From positions 49,367 to 69,366 of the forward strand of contig JAVECL010000057.1 in the NCBI GenBank assembly GCA_051942245.1: DNA of 20,000 nucleotides, in the 5' to 3' direction. The position numbers were made by a program, and so were the translations under genes. Positions 1-9,971 of the stretch are shown here, one piece after another. This DNA comes from Trypethelium eluteriae. Lineage: Eukaryota. Under the pieces are notes generated by a model, which saw only the letters and a list, made by a program, of their open reading frames with translations, made no database searches and was not told the origin of the DNA. Position 1 is the stretch's first letter, and each line of letters begins with the position of its first letter.

Positions 1-1078
1 CAGGTGAAAACGCAAAGTCACTGACCATACTGCGGCGCCGTGCAAGCTTCTTCAAATCTTGAGGCTTTCTTGGAAAATAATGATGCGATCGTCTCTCCAT
101 ACATCCGAGTAGAATATCATGCCCCATGGCCAATGCGATCTGTTTGGAGTCCGACGAAATCGATATTACGAACTTTGATATCGGGTATTCACCATAGGGT
201 TTCGTAGAAAGCGGTCGTAAGCATTTCGAAGTTGGTATCTCCAGAAATGAGGTCGTTTTTAGCCAAGAAGGCTTTTCGTCAAGAGGTACTTGTCCCTCCA
301 ATAACCCACTAATGGCGGGATGCATGAAGGCTAAGTCGTAGATCTGTAGTGGAGTTTTATGTAGATCTCTATTAGAAACAAATTGATCGATGGCCAGCCG
401 ATAATGTAGAAGTTTTCGGGCCGATGTTACCTTTGACAAACCTCTTAAACGCTTCAAACGAGCACTAACGGGCAGGATCGATAGCAAAAGTTCCATGAAC
501 TCTCTACTGTAACCGAATCCAAAGCCAAAATCTAGCATGAAGCTAAACGAATAAAAAATTTCAGGTTTGCCCAACACGTACACGGCTTCGACCCAATGTA
601 AAAAATGCTTCTGGAGGAAGTTTACGACTACTTGGCTAGGAGTGTCGTGGAATGAGAGATGGTAGAATCCGAAGAGCACAGAATACTGCACATGTCGCGG
701 AATGCACTCAGTCACGTTAGCGTGATTTATCTGAGACTGGACGATTTCTTGCTTTTTTAGATTGCATATGTTTCTTTTCAAGGAACAGCCCATGTAATTC
801 AACGCCCGAGTTGCAATCCACCAATGAATCTTTGATTCTCTGTTTCTTCCCGAGAAGATTCCAGAGCCGGGGCCTTTGTCGAAGTAGTCGCGCGTAGACT
901 GATGGAGAAAATGGATCGTTTCTCCGCGAATCGTGAGGAACGAACCGCACTGCTCGACCAGAGTTTGCGTGTCTTGCTTTCCCTGAGTAGGATTAACTGC
1001 ATCAACTGGGAGCTCAGCAAACTTAGCAAGTTCGTCCAGATGGAGTGGACGGTATGCTATTTTGATGATGCGGAGAAT
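1..1078 (-). CDS. NLR C-terminal part after the frameshift (winged-helix/helical region and start of degenerate WD40 repeats); absent from the ORF track because it has no stop inside the window
   Basis: Manual translation gives 359 codons with no stop, containing RPLHLDEL, CGSFL, HQSTRDYF, FLHWVEA, PLQIY, SSDSKQIA and FAFSP. Confidence 0.85.
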   Translation of the reverse strand, partial: MLRIIKIAYRPLHLDELAKFAELPVDAVNPTQGKQDTQTLVEQCGSFLTIRGETIHFLHQSTRDYFDKGPGSGIFSGRNRESKIHWWIATRALNYMGCSLKRNICNLKKQEIVQSQINHANVTECIPRHVQYSVLFGFYHLSFHDTPSQVVVNFLQKHFLHWVEAVYVLGKPEIFYSFSFMLDFGFGFGYSREFMELLLSILPVSARLKRLRGLSKVTSARKLLHYRLAIDQFVSNRDLHKTPLQIYDLAFMHPAISGLLEGQVPLDEKPSWLKTTSFLEIPTSKCLRPLSTKPYGEYPISKFVISISSDSKQIALAMGHDILLGCMERRSHHYFPRKPQDLKKLARRRSMVSDFAFSP

Positions 1079-3086
1079 TCTTAGAGATATCGACTCTTTC
1101 TGCATTTTGGCTTTCGCGTACAAGCTCGAGCATACGATCGTAGAGAGGGACAAGATCTCTTGGGAAAGTTCGAAGGAGAGCTTTGATGTCGCTCGTCACT
1201 AGTCCGTGGCGCCTTCCGAGTTCCTTGCAAATTAAAGCTACCCAAAGAAACGTACCCCCAGCGTTATCGGTAAGATACTTCTTCACGAATTGGAGAAGCT
1301 CTGAGCTGTAGTTTTTTCGACACGCTAGCTGCTCACACTTGATGTCGATGAATCTGTCAACTGCTTTGGAGACATTGGTTGAATTCACCTCAAGGCTCGT
1401 ATCCTGACAGAGGTTCCGAAGGGATTCACTAATTTTCGGCTCATTGCGGCTTGTCAGTATCCATTTCACTTTGCGCCATGGACTCAGGTCAATTCGTGTA
1501 AGAAGATTAAGGAATATCTCAAGAAGGTCCTCCTCACCCTTATTTTTCTCGAGAGGAGAGTGTCTGCACTCATCAAGAGCGTCCACAAGCAAGTACACTC
1601 GGTCAATACTTGGGTCCTTTATCATCGCCGAAAGTGTATCCCACAGTTCAACGAGTAGATTTTCTCTGTCAATCCCATTTTTCAGCTTAGTTTGAAGGAT
1701 TTTGATCAACTGTCGGTTGCTGTGGGCGAGAGAGTATGTGAGACCGCGAATAATCCCTTCTGTGCTACTCAATTCCGGCACTGTGCTCTGGCAGAAGAAG
1801 TATGATATCGTCCTTCTGTCAGACGTTTGTTGGATTCTTTCAGATAATTCATCAATTATGGCCATCATCATCATGGTCTTCCCTTTGCCTGGATCGCCAT
1901 GTATCCACAGAATCCTATATTCATCGCCGTCATTCTTCCACCAGCTGATGAAAGATGGATCATCGAAGACCCAGTTGCACGAGCCTTCGATTAATGGATC
2001 TTTGTGTTTCAGAATTCTCATCTTTTCGACTTCAGGGTTTTTGGAGGACCAGTTTTGCAGGATCTGGCTATCTTCACGATCTGACCAGTCACGTCAGTAA
2101 GACTATTGCAGCATTTGTGATCACGTCGACTACTCACCCGCTTCTAACAATGTCCCAGTCCCAGGAATCAATGACAATATCTCTCTTGCACATGCTGCTG
2201 CCGTCGCTGCAGCGAAAGGCTGCCATCCTTTGTTTTTATGCGAGTCAGAGTAGTCGCATATTCCTCGGATGACCAGGCACGGAAAAAAATTCATAAGTCC
2301 GGCGGCTTCCATTTCGTAACAAAGCACGTCCTTAAGATCAGTGCTTAATTTGTCCCTTGTAGTGCCATCCTTCATCACTCTGTTACCAGATGCTATTGTT
2401 CCGTAATGTATGACAGTCTCGTTGGCCATCCTCGGCTTCCATTTCACTAATCTCTTGATACTACAGTCGTCGCAAGTTGCACCCTGGTTATGATCATAGC
2501 TGGACTCAAATAACCTGTCAAGTCCGGCCTGGTCCCGGTCAAACTTACCAGTCTCGACATGACTGAACCGTGCGAGATGGTGAGAAACTGTACTTCTGCG
2601 ACGATCATGATTGGATCGTAGCTTCGAGACGGCCTGGAGGAGGACCTGCGGTGGCGCATTGAGGGAACCAGTGCGAATGAGCTGGCCCGTTTTTTCCACT
2701 TTGCCAAGGTCATACTGTACCACACCTCCAAATTCGCCAGTCGGATGACTAATGACGACATCTCCTAGCCTGATATCAACTTTATCGCTTGGAACACCAC
2801 CTCCTACGCCAACCATCAAGCCGAACTGGAAGGACTTGAACTTCGACTTCAACCGCGCGGCAACTGCAGCCGCAGAACTCCCGCCTATCTGTCCTGCCGA
2901 GAGGCAAACTAGGACGACGTTGTGATCACCTATCCGTCCAAGGGTGTATAGATTTGGATCGCTTTGGTCTGGGGGAGGGCTTTTGTGTTCTTCATCTAGC
3001 ATTTCGGTAGCTGCGGCAAGTTCGATTGGCAATGCGCAGATCCATCCTACCGTGTATTCGCCCAAATTCAGTCGACGTTTTGGCAT
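1..3086 (-). CDS. Fungal NLR-like (STAND) protein, PNP_UDP_1 - NACHT - degenerate WD40; frameshifted at ~1079 in this sequence (pseudogene or sequence error); 3' end outside the window
   Basis: Exon 1 (3086..2138) has the PNP motifs YTVGWICALPIELAAA, GVGGGVP, DIRLGDVVIS, CYEMEAAGL and IRGICDYSDSHKNKGWQ. Intron 2137..2081. Exon 2 has Walker A HGDPGKGKT, SYFFCQ, Walker B LLVDALDEC, WILTSR and AGGTFLWV. After a one-base shift at ~1079 the frame is open to base 1 and reads ILRIIKIAYRPLHLDEL, CGSFLTIRGETIHFLHQS, LKRNICNL, HFLHWVEA, TPLQIY, ISSDSKQIALA, VSDFAFSP, typical of HET-E-like NACHT-WD proteins. Confidence 0.9.
2081..2137 (-). other. 57-nt intron between the PNP and NACHT coding regions
   Basis: GTGAGT donor, TACTGAC branch, CAG acceptor. 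Splicing gives the in-frame junction LLEA-D-REDSQILQNWSSKNPEVEKMRILK. Confidence 0.88.
2138..3086 (-). CDS. NLR exon 1: PNP_UDP_1 (purine/uridine phosphorylase-like, nucleosidase) effector domain
   Basis: ORF 2130..3086 carries the full set of PNP_UDP_1 motifs found at the N-terminus of fungal NLRs and ends at the GTGAGT donor at 2137. Confidence 0.92.
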
Positions 3087-4169
3087 TGTGCGGAAAGTCT
3101 AGCATCGGCTGCTCCGGATGCGTCGCTCGGCGAGTAGAAGGGGATGGCACTTGTCCTGGCAGTTGGCCAGCCTCGTAAATGTCACTGACTGCCGGGTGAA
3201 GTAGCGATGCTTTGACTGGCTGAGACAGAGGATACTGCTGCTCCAGAGGGCGCAAGAAGCTGAGCATTGTTGCTGGCTTGTGGACTGTGGACGACGAAGA
3301 CGGGAGTGCCAAGATAGTGCGAGCCTGCGAGGCGGTGTGACCAGCCTGTATGCACTCTACCGAATGTAGGGTATACATTGCAGCTGATGCGCGTTGACTC
3401 GGTTGAATGGCGAGACCACCCTTCGATGTAATCAGGACGGAATTTGGGGTGTTAGAACTACTACATAACAAACCGTTTAAACACCAAGTTCACGCATGGC
3501 TGGACCCCTGTATCGCAAGCGCTTGCTTATTGCCCTATAGTCTAGAGTGTTATGCCAGGGTATCCCAAGGTACTACCAAATTTCCCACGGTCGTCAAATT
3601 TTGCTGCGCGCTAAAAGTATACGTACCTGGCACGTCGAGCTAGACATGCCCATTTACGAGATGTGTAACCCTTGGTAAACTGATTGGACTGACCGAATTC
3701 ATCGCTGAGGAGGGGACTTGCACTCAGGCTTCACATCCTTGTCAATGCATCTCCCAGGGTGGTCACGCTGGTAATATGTGTGACCTTATCCTCAACTTAC
3801 TAGCTGAATGCTTGCTGCTGCTCATGAGATACATGGTCAGACCAGTTTGGTCATTTGGAATACCGCAATGACCCTTGATTTAAGCTCCAATGTTCTCGCC
3901 ATCGTAAAAGCCGACATAAAGGCGGCCTCGAAGACTTCAAGGACGTAGTCCAGTCAGGTCCTAGTGCTTGACGAAGTAATTTTGTCCCAAATGGGAGAGT
4001 TAAGACTCCAACCAAGGATGCAGCCAACTGCTACCAGGTCAGGGCAATGCACAGAGTTCCTTGGTCTTTACGCGAGCAAGCTCTGAGCGGGCACAGCTAA
4101 CCTTTTAGCTTCCCCAAAGTCCTGGTCGGCATAAATTCTATTTTCTTTACCAGCCTCTGTGATTCGATG

Positions 4170-5193
4170 TTATAGGCCTTGATACATTATCCAAGAAGCA
4201 ACAATCTTTTCACCAGCAAGCTGTTTACCATTCAGAACCGAACCTTCGGCATTAGATACGAATTCGTCAAACAAGGCCTCAGTTGGAAGGCACACCCACC
4301 AGACGCGTACGCCCTTTGACCGAGCAACTCTGCTGCCATTTATGAGAACAGCCCTTAGCTGATATTCTTCAAAAAAAAAAAGCCGAAAGAGCGCGAGGTG
4401 TTTTAACGGAGGTTGGTAGGATATCGCCATGACTTGCCGTAATGCGTACCTTGAATGGCAAACGTTTCCAGTTCCGTGGAGGAGTCGAGTATAGTCTCGT
4501 TTCCGGAGCTTTTTCATACTTAAAGGTGCCCAAAGAAATGAGACCAGAGACCACCGCCAACATCCTTACAGCGTCATTGGACGCTCTGTGACCATGAGGC
4601 CGACCTTTCCCCAGAGCTCGATCTCTAAGGCCCATCGCCGCCATCGTTTTAAGGAGGCTTGGACGTGAGCCACATCTCTCTTCGACGATTTCCTGCGTAT
4701 CTACCCAATATTTAAATCGTGATAAAAACGATGGGCATTCTCGAGATATCCAGTCAAATTCCGTGTACACGTCAAAGCCAACGAGAATAAGCTGGCGAGT
4801 ACTTGAAGATTCGACAGTAGATAGGAAATGGGTTAGTGTTCCGCTGACTTGATCGCTGTTAACAGTAATACGGTCTCCGTACTTGATACATTCGTGCCTT
4901 TTCTTCGAGTCCATCTCGCGAACGCTAATAGTATACGCCTGAACAGCGTTTTGGTCGTAGAATATTTTCAGTGTACCATCGTGAGACAGGGAGGATGATC
5001 TTTCGGCAGAGGCTGTGATACAGGCAAGGCCGACTTCGTTGACCCTGGTGACAGGACCTTCAATATCAAATGCCACTAATGTTGAGCCTAAGACACACTT
5101 TCTTAGCATTTCAAGATCTGTTATGTGTGCGACAGATGAATGCCAAAGCGAACCAAGCCGCTTGACGAAAGGTGGTTCCTTTCCGAGCAACAT
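4170..5193 (-). CDS. DEDDh 3'-5' exonuclease / RNase H-like protein (QIP/Gfd2-like) with putative RRM-like C-terminus; frameshifted in the T11 run at 4371-4381
   Basis: ExoI VAFDIEG; EVGLA; ExoII LVGFDVYTE; WVDTQ; ExoIII HRASNDA. ORF 5193..4369 ends FFF-TGA inside the homopolymer. Removing one T continues into EEYQLRAVLING...VWWVCLPTEALFDEFVSNAEGSVLNGKQL to the stop at 4170 (~340 aa). Confidence 0.75.
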
Positions 5194-6470
5194 GACGCCT
5201 AGATAAAGAGCCTAAAAGACTGCGCGGTTTAAAGTATGTGTAGGGCTAGAGATGGAGTAGGACCCTGACCTCATAAAGAGCAATTAGATCTCCGAGGTGA
5301 CGACATGGAGGGAAATAGGATTATTATTAGTGGGATCCCGCGTGTATGGTGCGAAGCAGGTGGAGGTGACTTTGGAGGTTACCATGGAAAGGACCTCAGT
5401 AGCGTACCGGCAAATCCTTCCCCCGACGCCTACACGTAACCTGGGAAAAGCCTAGAATCTAGCATATCAAGTTCTTTTGGGTCAGTATAAGTACAATGGC
5501 TTGAATTATTCGATCATTGTCCGGCACGGATGGGCGGGGCGGGAAACGCAGTAGGCTGAGGTCGAGGACATCACTCGTTATGGGGTATTTGTTAATGTAT
5601 CATTAGCATGATATTAGTAGCGAGACTGGTGACACCTATCCCATTCGTGGGGCCGGATTCGACTCTCGGGGCCGTCGTTGTCGTGCGTTGCTTTCTCCCT
5701 CTTTTTTTGTCGTCAAAAACTCCAGTGATCAATATGGCTGAATATTTTGCTTCATAGATTGCTCTCAGAGCTCGGCGATGAACGAGGACCAAATTTGCAG
5801 TTGAGACGGTTCTAGAAAGGGCCAAAAAGGTGATACTTCCATGTAACACTTAGGTGGTAACGCTTACGTAGTAATGGACGAAACCTAGAGAAATAGAACC
5901 CGCTTTAGAAAAATCATCAGTCCTCCGCGGCGTGAATATCACGAGAGCAGAGAGTGGGCGCAGATATCGTATGTAGAGGTGAAGAAGATGATCGAGTGTA
6001 GAACATACCGTCCTATATCTAGATTAAAATGCTAGTTGTACAAGCATGTACTGGTACACGAAAGGCAATTAGAGAGACTTGAGGGTGGGATATGGAGAAC
6101 TGATGTTGCCTCAAGTGCCATTTCCTATTCATAGTATTGAGCCGATGGTGGAAAACGATGAGCAGGAGGCGGCGAAAATCGTGATTGTGAGCTGAGCGTT
6201 TGAGATCGAATCATTCAGATAAAATCCTTTTATGCAGACAAGATTTTACCCGGTCTGCGCCACGACGCTTCAAATCTAGCCAGATATGTCTCGCCAGCTC
6301 CTCAACACTTTCTTCCCCTGGTGTGACCCGCACTTCTGCGGGGCTGGACTTTTTGTCTCCACCTTCTTCAGAAGCGGAATTTCGTCTTTTCGAAGCGCCA
6401 CAAAGCGTAAGAAATGCATTATCTTCAGCGAAGACATTTGGTCAAACGATTAAATGGGCACCTTTGATGA

Positions 6471-9290
6471 TCAGGTGCCAAAGAAATCCAGGAGCTCGTC
6501 TTGCGTTCCCACCTTTCTCTTCTTTGCCGAGCATTGAGGGCAGAACACATGACTGCAACCCGCCCCATAGCCCTGGCAATTCTTGTAAAGATGATAATTA
6601 TATGGACCCCCACTGCATCGACACTACACGTCAAATCAGTAATCGATGGAACGAGCAACTTTGGACAGGGTGGGCGACACTTACACAATACATCTCCACA
6701 ATCTCCTGACCGCGAGCAACGCCGTATGCCTCTCCATTTATCACCTCGTTCTCCGACCGCTGCCTCTTCCTCGCGGTCCCCGCCCCGACCCCTGGCCCCT
6801 CCGGATTTCTGAAATCCGCCGGTCCAGGCCCTGGCGCAGGTCCCGACCCCGTCCCATTCTGCGTCGGCGCACCCTTCCCCTCTGCTGTCGAGGACGACAG
6901 CGCCGCACCACCATTCGAATACTCGAACATGTTGCTCTCCATCTCCCGCGCCTGCTGGCCCTTCAACTTATTCGTCTCTAGGCACAGCCAGTCCTGGATA
7001 TTTGCGTTCTCCTTATTGAAGTGGTCGCCAATGTGCTTGAAGCGCTCATCCCAGGCCTCGCGGCCGCGGTGGTCGAGCTTGATGACGTCGCGGCAGAAGC
7101 CGCACCAGAAGCGGCCCTGGCCGTTGCGGCCGATGTGCCGGTCGCGGCACTCGTCCTTGGCCTGGTCTTCGGTGCAGCCGTGGGTTTTGAGGAGGTGGGT
7201 GCAGAAGATGTCCTTTTCGTAGAAGACCAGACAGCATTCCTGGCCGGAACTGTCTCGACACCGGCAGCGATACGTCTCCTGTTGGAAGTGCTGCGAGTTT
7301 TCGTGCCGCTTCCAGTCGTTTTTGGAGCCGAATCTTTTCTTACACCGCGGAAAGGTACATCCATAGGGCCGAGTATGGCGTTTCATGTGTTTGCTGTTGC
7401 TAGTTAGCAGGGCTGAGGTGAATGGACTCATGGCGATACTGACTTCAATTCGCAATTACGAGGCAATTGCTTGTGACACATTGGACATTCCTCGCCTCCG
7501 ATACTGCCGTTCGTTCGCGGCCGAGCAGGTGCTGCTCGTTGCTTCTGGGAATTATCCGTCATGAGCTTAGCAAGCATAGCCTCCATTCGATTTTTGATCT
7601 CGTTTATTTCTTCCGGGCTAGCTGCCGTCTGCGCATCTCCAGTATCAGACTGCTCGTACATGGTTTCATTCAATTGCGATGTGACTGCAGTCTCGAGAAC
7701 TTGCATTACTGCTTCGGTAAGCTTGTTATTGGCTCTTGTTTTCTCGGCTAACGTCCTAGCAATAACTGATAAGGCCTGCTTTGGATCTATATCGAGGCTC
7801 TGCTGTGATGACCGCAACAGATCGGGACCTGGCCACCCGCCGTTTGCCGTTGGCTGCTCCCCGTTGACAACCATGGATGGCTGCCAGTGGTTGACAGCAG
7901 CATTTGCCAAGGCATCCAGACCATCACTGCCGCCACGAGATTTCAGCTGACCTGCAATTGGCGCTGCATTGGCATGAGATATTGAGTTCCGTTGGGAACT
8001 CGTATGAGACTCGGCTGTGCCATTCATAAGCGAACTAGACCGCGCACCAACCGGAGCGGAGTGATTGTGCTGTTGTGTACTTTGGACACCATTTTGGCTT
8101 GGTAATGGCCATGCGGGAGACGGGTGATATTGTCGCGAAGGTGGCACGGGGGACGGGTTGAAATGTAAAGGTGCAAGTTGCTGTACATCTGGCTCATGAT
8201 TTGCAGTGGATTGTGGATTTAGTGCCCCATTCGAAAGCGCTTTTGACGCGAAAGTCGCCTCTGCCCGAAGTTTGATCGCAAGCTCTTCAGATCTGCTTTT
8301 AGTCAATACTTTGCCTTTCACGTGCGTAGATTCGAACGACCCACTTTCGTATTAGTTCCTCGGTATTCTCGTCAGGGTGAATCTTGATTACATGTTGCCG
8401 GAAGTTATCAAGCCGCGGCCAAATTTTAGATTTCTTTCTACACTGCTCCGACGCACATTTATAGCTGCGATCTGAGCCATGAGTGGGGGCAATATTATGT
8501 TTGCTCTTTTTGTGCCGATCAAGATCGTTTGCTGACGTGAAGCCTTCTTTGCGTTGGCAGCCAGGGACATCGCATTTGTGAGGCTTCTCATGCCTCGTGA
8601 CATGTTTTCTATTCTTATCAGTCTGGAGCCTATTTGAGGAGAGCATGAAGCGTACTTGAACTCTGATTTGCATTTCTGTATTTCCCCACAATGAGGACAC
8701 CTGAGCGAATTTATTGCCAGCGTTTGTCTTGCGCCGAGAGCTTGTTGAGTGGTCGGAAATTGAAGAACACCATGATGACCATGGCGAGACTGGCCGCTAT
8801 ACGGTTGCATGCTACCTAAGCGCGCGGATAGATCGTTTGTTTCACCGCCAGAATCAAAGCTATGTACAGATCGTGTAGTAGCAGCTTGCGTAATGTAACC
8901 CGAGTCAGATCTACATGGTACCGCAACAGAACTGCCCACTTCTGACGAGGGCGCGCTACTGTGGTGGTCATAACCTGCTACATCTGGAGCGGCAGAGCGC
9001 GGCTGCGACGTTAGAGTTCTTTGAGGAGGGACCGGCATCGTATACGATGGTAGAGATTGCTGGGGTATCCATGGGTCGTCACGCCCTGCGTAAAATCGCG
9101 TTAATGGATCTGTGTCGGTCTGCTCAGGCTGCAACAGCGAAGGTCTAGGAGCATCGTTCAAATCATCGATGGGGATGCTCAATGGATAATTGCCTCGATT
9201 CGCACTTGGAGTGTTCAAATTGAAGTTATCCCAAGCGGACTGGGTGAGGACCGGAGGGTCAATCGGCGTAGGTCGACCGGGTGGGGGCAT
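6471..9290 (-). CDS. Multi-C2H2 zinc-finger transcription factor, 5 exons (9290..8656, 8608..8345, 8292..7444, 7393..6685, 6623..6471), 869 aa, with C-terminal Cys-rich zinc-binding motif
   Basis: Four GT-AG introns of 47, 52, 50 and 61 nt (donors GTACGC, GTGGGT, GTCAGT, GTAAGT) join four ORF-track ORFs plus a final exon into one 2610-nt frame. Fingers: CPHC..KKHVTRH, CDVPGC..DLDRHKKSKH, CASEQC..DNFRQHVIKIH, CPMC..NKHMKRH, CTFPRC..DWKRHENSQH, CRC..C..HLLKTH, CGFC..HIGDH. C-terminus MYCCRCSGGPY..C..CSHVFCPQC. Confidence 0.88.
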
Positions 9291-9940
9291 TGCTCGAGGA
9301 TTTCTCCATTGACTTGGAACGAATTGGTTGCGACTTGGGTCTCGATGCGGGTCACCGTACTGTACGATTTTGTCATTAAAGAGGCGGAATGCGGCTGAGC
9401 GAAGCGATCAGCCTTACAGACTGGGGGCTGTGACTCGGCAGCCGGTTATCTTCTGACATTGTCAACCCGTCCAGACCCAGATCATAGTGTCGAGAATTGA
9501 GGATGGGTCACCCAGGATAATGGATGTGAGTCAAGGGGAGATAAAGACGTCAAGCTTAGCGCAACAAAGTGGCAGCGTGGGAAGATGAATGCCGAAAAAA
9601 AAAGTCGGCAGCGCGCCCCGTCTAGTTTGAGGGCTAGCGGGTGGAGTGAGTTGAGATAGGGACGAATGGAAATGATGCAGGACAGTGTGATGGAAAGTGG
9701 CCAAGATAGTTTACTGCAGTCACCAGTTCAGCCAGCCGCCCCGGCATACACCTAGACAGGGAAGAAGAGAGATGAAGAGGACGGTTGCGGCATTTTGCTA
9801 CGAGCTGCTTATGGTGGTACAGGACAGAGGTCGCCCGTGTTGGTCGAAGGGCCGCGGCTAGCAGTTCATCTATTCGCGCGCGATGCGGAGAGAGTGCGTG
9901 ATGCGTCTGATGACGGCGACGTGTGGAGACGGACGAGACC

Positions 9941-9971
9941 GAGGGCCCGTGGAGGCCCGTGGAGGCCCGTG
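9941..9971. repeat. 10-bp tandem repeat (GGAGGCCCGT) x3, first copy imperfect
   Basis: gagggcccgt ggaggcccgt ggaggcccgt g read directly; a degenerate AGGCCTGTG follows at 9981-9989. Confidence 0.85.

Noticed and set aside
2022..2160. Amyloid signalling motif in the NLR linker
   Set aside because: The linker is short with no G/N/Q-rich pseudo-repeats, and the effector is fused in cis.
1444..2761. Short ORFs overlapping the NLR (1444..1695, 1702..2100, 1955..2272, 2447..2761)
   Set aside because: Antisense or alternate-frame shadows of a well-supported gene, with no motifs.
2992..3643. ORFs 2992..3471 (-) and 3407..3643 (+)
   Set aside because: No recognisable domain; they overlap the NLR start and its promoter region.
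3087..4169. Possible gene remnant between the NLR and the exonuclease (short minus-strand frames, GTAAGT near 3800)
   Set aside because: Frames are short, the implied intron is only ~33 nt and no family similarity was seen.
6200..6470. Open frames on both strands downstream of the 869-aa gene (ORF 6200..6709 and a ~77-codon minus frame without ATG)
   Set aside because: No start codon or convincing splice link to exon 5; most likely 3' UTR.
6646..7407. Stack of overlapping ORFs in several frames
   Set aside because: Explained by stop-codon scarcity in a GC-rich exon; only the zinc-finger frame has motifs.
8388..8655. 3' part of ORF 8388..9290 as coding in that frame
   Set aside because: It is read-through of intron 1; the spliced frame restores the zinc fingers.
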